60,661 nucleotides of DNA, taken from the IMG/VR virus record IMGVR_UViG_3300021425_002553, positions 1 through 60,661 of that record; one strand, 5' to 3'. The DNA is from a virus. Lineage: Duplodnaviria > Caudoviricetes. The notes beneath the pieces were generated by a model that saw only the letters and a program-made list of their open reading frames with translations, was not told the origin of the DNA and did not search any database. Numbering within the stretch: position 1 is the stretch's first letter; each line of letters begins with the position of its first letter. Made by a program: the position numbers and the translations under genes. Positions 57,967-60,661 of this stretch are shown here, piece after piece.

Positions 57967-59664
57967 TGAAGGACGAACTCTACGACGTTGTAGAAAAAAC
58001 TATAGATTACGTATTCGAAGGTAGATACATGTTGAACATGTATGAATACCTGAAGAGTAGTAAGGTCTCTAGAACGGTCGTAGATGAGTTCCTGATGAGT
58101 TGTACTGCCACTGAGGTAAAGAACCTTGTACTGGACCTTGAGGGGTATCTAGAGGGTGGTAATGACGACATTCACAAACAATTACGTGAGGGTTATGGTC
58201 ATCTTGGTAAACCAGAGGCAAGGAAAATAAAAAATTATCTCATGAAAATTATTGAGGATGCAGAAAGATACCGACATGACAAGAGACCAGGAAGAAAACC
58301 AAGACTCTCTAAATAATGACAATGAATCTCCGAAAATGAATCGGGGGTTTGAATTATTACTCAGAAATAAAAAGAGGAGGACACCACCAAAGACTTTTCA
58401 GATAAGGTTTGGAAAGATGGTCTCCTTCTTTCGAAGAGAGTTCCATTTTTTCTTAGACATTCAGTTTGACATAAGAAAAAAGGAGGGCTAAGATGTTAGC
58501 AGTCACACTTACACTATCTTCGATCATTTCAATCATGTTTCTTTTGGTTGGAGGGGTCATCGGATATCTTTTAAAGGAGTATGTAATCGAGAGGAACTCA
58601 ACACTTATCCCAACACATCCAGAGATGTTTGATGAGAATGGAATGGTCATTCCAGACGACATCCTGGCAGTTAGATTCGAAAACAACCTTGAGGACTTTG
58701 ATTCTGAGGATTGACACCCACAACTAAGTATATTACACTGATACCATGGCAACAAAATCTTTCACCGTGAAAACAAAATTACCACCCAACCCTTTCGTAC
58801 ATGAGATCTTTGAGTTGGTTTCTAAACAGAGATCCAAAGCAAAAAAGGTTGAGGTTCTGAAGGAACAACGGTGTGATGCAATCACCGCTCTTCTCATCTG
58901 GAATTTTGATGACTCTGTAGTTTCTCTCCTTCCGACAGGAGTAGTTCCATACGAGAAAAATGAAGTTCCTGTTGGTACCGACCATACATCCCTTCGTAAA
59001 GAGTGGAAGAATCTTTATCACTTCGTAAAAGGTGGTAATGATAGTCTGTCGAAGACCCGTAGAGAATCCATGTTTATTCAGATTCTTGAGGGTCTTCATC
59101 CCCATGAGGCTGACATCCTGTGTCTTGTAAAAGATAAAGCACTCACATCAAGATTTAAAATTTCAAAAGAAGTTGTTTCAGAAGCATTCCCCGACATTCA
59201 GTGGGGTGGTCGGTCTTGAGTAAAGATATTAAATTCATTCACCAGGATTGTGATCCCTCTCTAGCGGACGACAAGACTCTTCCTTATTCTGCATATCTGG
59301 TTGAGTATCTTCAGGATGGTATGACCAAGTTTGATATTGTATCTGCTGCAAAACAAGTTGATATCTTTGATCATTATTGGGATAATTATCGTCATGATTT
59401 CAAAAACATGACACAGACAGAGGGTAGAATCAATCCAAAACTTTGGGGTAATTCAGAAAAGAAAAAGAAATGAGTAAAGGATTTGATGTGAATTTTGAAG
59501 GGATTGATATGGACCCAGATATGGTTCAGTCAATTCTCAAAAAATATAAAAAAATTAAGAAGTATCAAAGGTCAAACATCTTCGAGGTCAAGACGATGGA
59601 TGGTAAAGAGGACATCGTTTCTGAGATGATAAAGGAAGGTGAAGAATACGGTCCACTTGACTAA
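57966..59664 (+). CDS. operon of hypothetical proteins (57966-58316, 58336-58491, 58493-58714, 58746-59219, 59216-59473, 59470-59664)
   Basis: Tightly packed + strand ORFs; 58746 ORF carries RESMFIQILEGLHPHEA, a pattern seen in T4-like phages. Confidence 0.7.
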
Positions 59665-59685
59665 ATACTTGTAATGGTCTATACT
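59657..59685 (+). promoter_or_regulatory. sigma70-type promoter of the riboswitch locus
   Basis: TTGACT-N17-TATACT. Confidence 0.75.
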
Positions 59686-59691
59686 AGACCT

Positions 59692-59735
59692 ACGTTCAAC
59701 CCACTTCGGTGGGTCGCAAGTAAGTCGCGGAACGG
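59692..59735 (+). ncRNA. glnA RNA motif (glutamine riboswitch), aptamer 1
   Basis: CGTTC...GAACG P1; ACCCAC-TTCG-GTGGGT P2; CGCAAGTAAG junction. Confidence 0.8.
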
Positions 59736-59751
59736 AGCGTTAGCAATTAGA

Positions 59752-60324
59752 ATGATTTATTACACTTACTACTCTTACGAACCCTTTGGGCGAGGCTACA
59801 TTGGTAGCAGAAGATGTGAGTGTAATCCAGTGGAGGATGATTATTTTGGTTCCTATGGAGACAAAACATTTAATCCTTCTTGTAAAATCATTCTTACCGA
59901 ACATGCTACGAGAGAAGATGCAGTTGAAGCAGAAGTAAAACTCCATGAGTTTTATAAAGTTGATACTAATTCTCACTTTGCTAATAGGGCAAAGCAAACA
60001 TCTTCTTCATTTTCTTTCTGTTCACAGGGAGAACGAATTGGTGGAGGCAATCCCTGTTTTGGTAAAGTTCGTGTTACTGACGGTAAAAATGAACGAGTAG
60101 TTTATGAAGATGACATTCCTTCTGGGTGGTGGAAAGGTAGAAGTCGTAATCCAAAAGAATACGCTACTACTAAATCCATAACATGTACCAGAGGTAAAAT
60201 GTATGATGACTTTCTAAAAGATGTAAGTAAAGATGAATCTATTTTATCTTTACCTATTAGAAAACTTGCAGAAATTTATCAAACATCTCATACTTCTATT
60301 CGTCGCTGGAAAAAATCAATCTAA
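59752..60324 (+). mobile_element. GIY-YIG (Seg-like) homing endonuclease
   Basis: YYTYYSYE..GRGYIGSR..YFGS...EAE...FANRAK; HTH-like C-terminus; AT-rich. Confidence 0.82.
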
Positions 60325-60511
60325 TCGTTCATCCCATGGTAGAATTATTACTCTACACAACGCTGGCATGTCAGGACGCTGATGCTATAATCTTTCGGAT
60401 TAAAAAGCATGAGGGTCTGAAGCCAGAGTACAAGTTAGAGTTGGTAGAGACTATTAAAGATTCTGTACCACATTGTAATCACTACTGGGACGCAAACGAC
60501 TAAAGGAACGG
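60325..60511 (+). ncRNA. glnA-like aptamer 2 with expanded P2 loop
   Basis: CGTTCATCCC...GGGACGCAAACGACTAAAGGAACG. Confidence 0.6.
60336..60503 (+). CDS. 55-aa hypothetical protein inside aptamer 2
   Basis: MVELLLYTTLACQDADAIIFRIKK...HCNHYWDAND*; not in ORF track. Confidence 0.65.
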   Translation: MVELLLYTTLACQDADAIIFRIKKHEGLKPEYKLELVETIKDSVPHCNHYWDAND

Positions 60512-60545
60512 GCCTAAAAATCCAACTACTTTAGGAGTAAGACAA

Positions 60546-60661
60546 ATGAACACCTTAAATCTCATCAAGAAGCAAATCGAGAAGGCATCTGCTCTTCACG
60601 ATGCGCAAATTGCTAACACTGCATATCGTGGTGTTGAGTATACCTGCAAGCAGGATGGTGA
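60546..60661 (+). CDS. DUF4278-like protein (partial)
   Basis: AGGAG RBS; TAYRGVEY motif; this family is typically found downstream of glutamine riboswitches. Confidence 0.7.
   Translation, partial: MNTLNLIKKQIEKASALHDAQIANTAYRGVEYTCKQDG

Noticed and set aside
59674-59751. Upstream start of the GIY-YIG ORF
   Set aside because: The ATG at 59674 lies inside the promoter spacer and the extension runs through the aptamer; ATG 59752 precedes the GIY-YIG motif

Overview
This is a 60.7-kb segment of a large T4-like cyanomyovirus genome. The host is most likely Synechococcus, inferred from gnd+zwf, psbA+psbD and the Synechococcus-type D1 C-terminal extension. In order it holds: the end of a C5 DNA methyltransferase; a thioredoxin; late-promoter genes resembling capsid-internal proteins (one with a Cas9-type HNH motif, one HxGH nucleotidyltransferase); primase gp61; nrdA/nrdB; a GIY-YIG gene split by an inverted, AT-rich GIY-YIG homologue; nine tRNAs interspersed with pseudoknotted RNAs; a ~15-kb sugar-nucleotide/glycosyltransferase island that opens with a tagD/rfbB deletion chimera; auxiliary metabolic genes (2 hli, petF, petE, gnd, an NdhP-like microprotein, zwf); a fibre/structural module; psbA, psbD and a RimK-like ligase; and a tandem glutamine (glnA) riboswitch locus. 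The best leads are (1) a homing endonuclease inserted between two riboswitch aptamers, with a 55-aa ORF inside P2 of the second, (2) the nested, possibly invertible GIY-YIG pair, (3) a candidate -1 programmed frameshift (A_AAA_AAG plus hairpin) upstream of petE, (4) the HNH and nucleotidyltransferase proteins sharing an N-terminal module, and (5) kissing-loop/pseudoknot RNAs in the tRNA operon. All family calls come from motifs recognised by eye; no database search was run.
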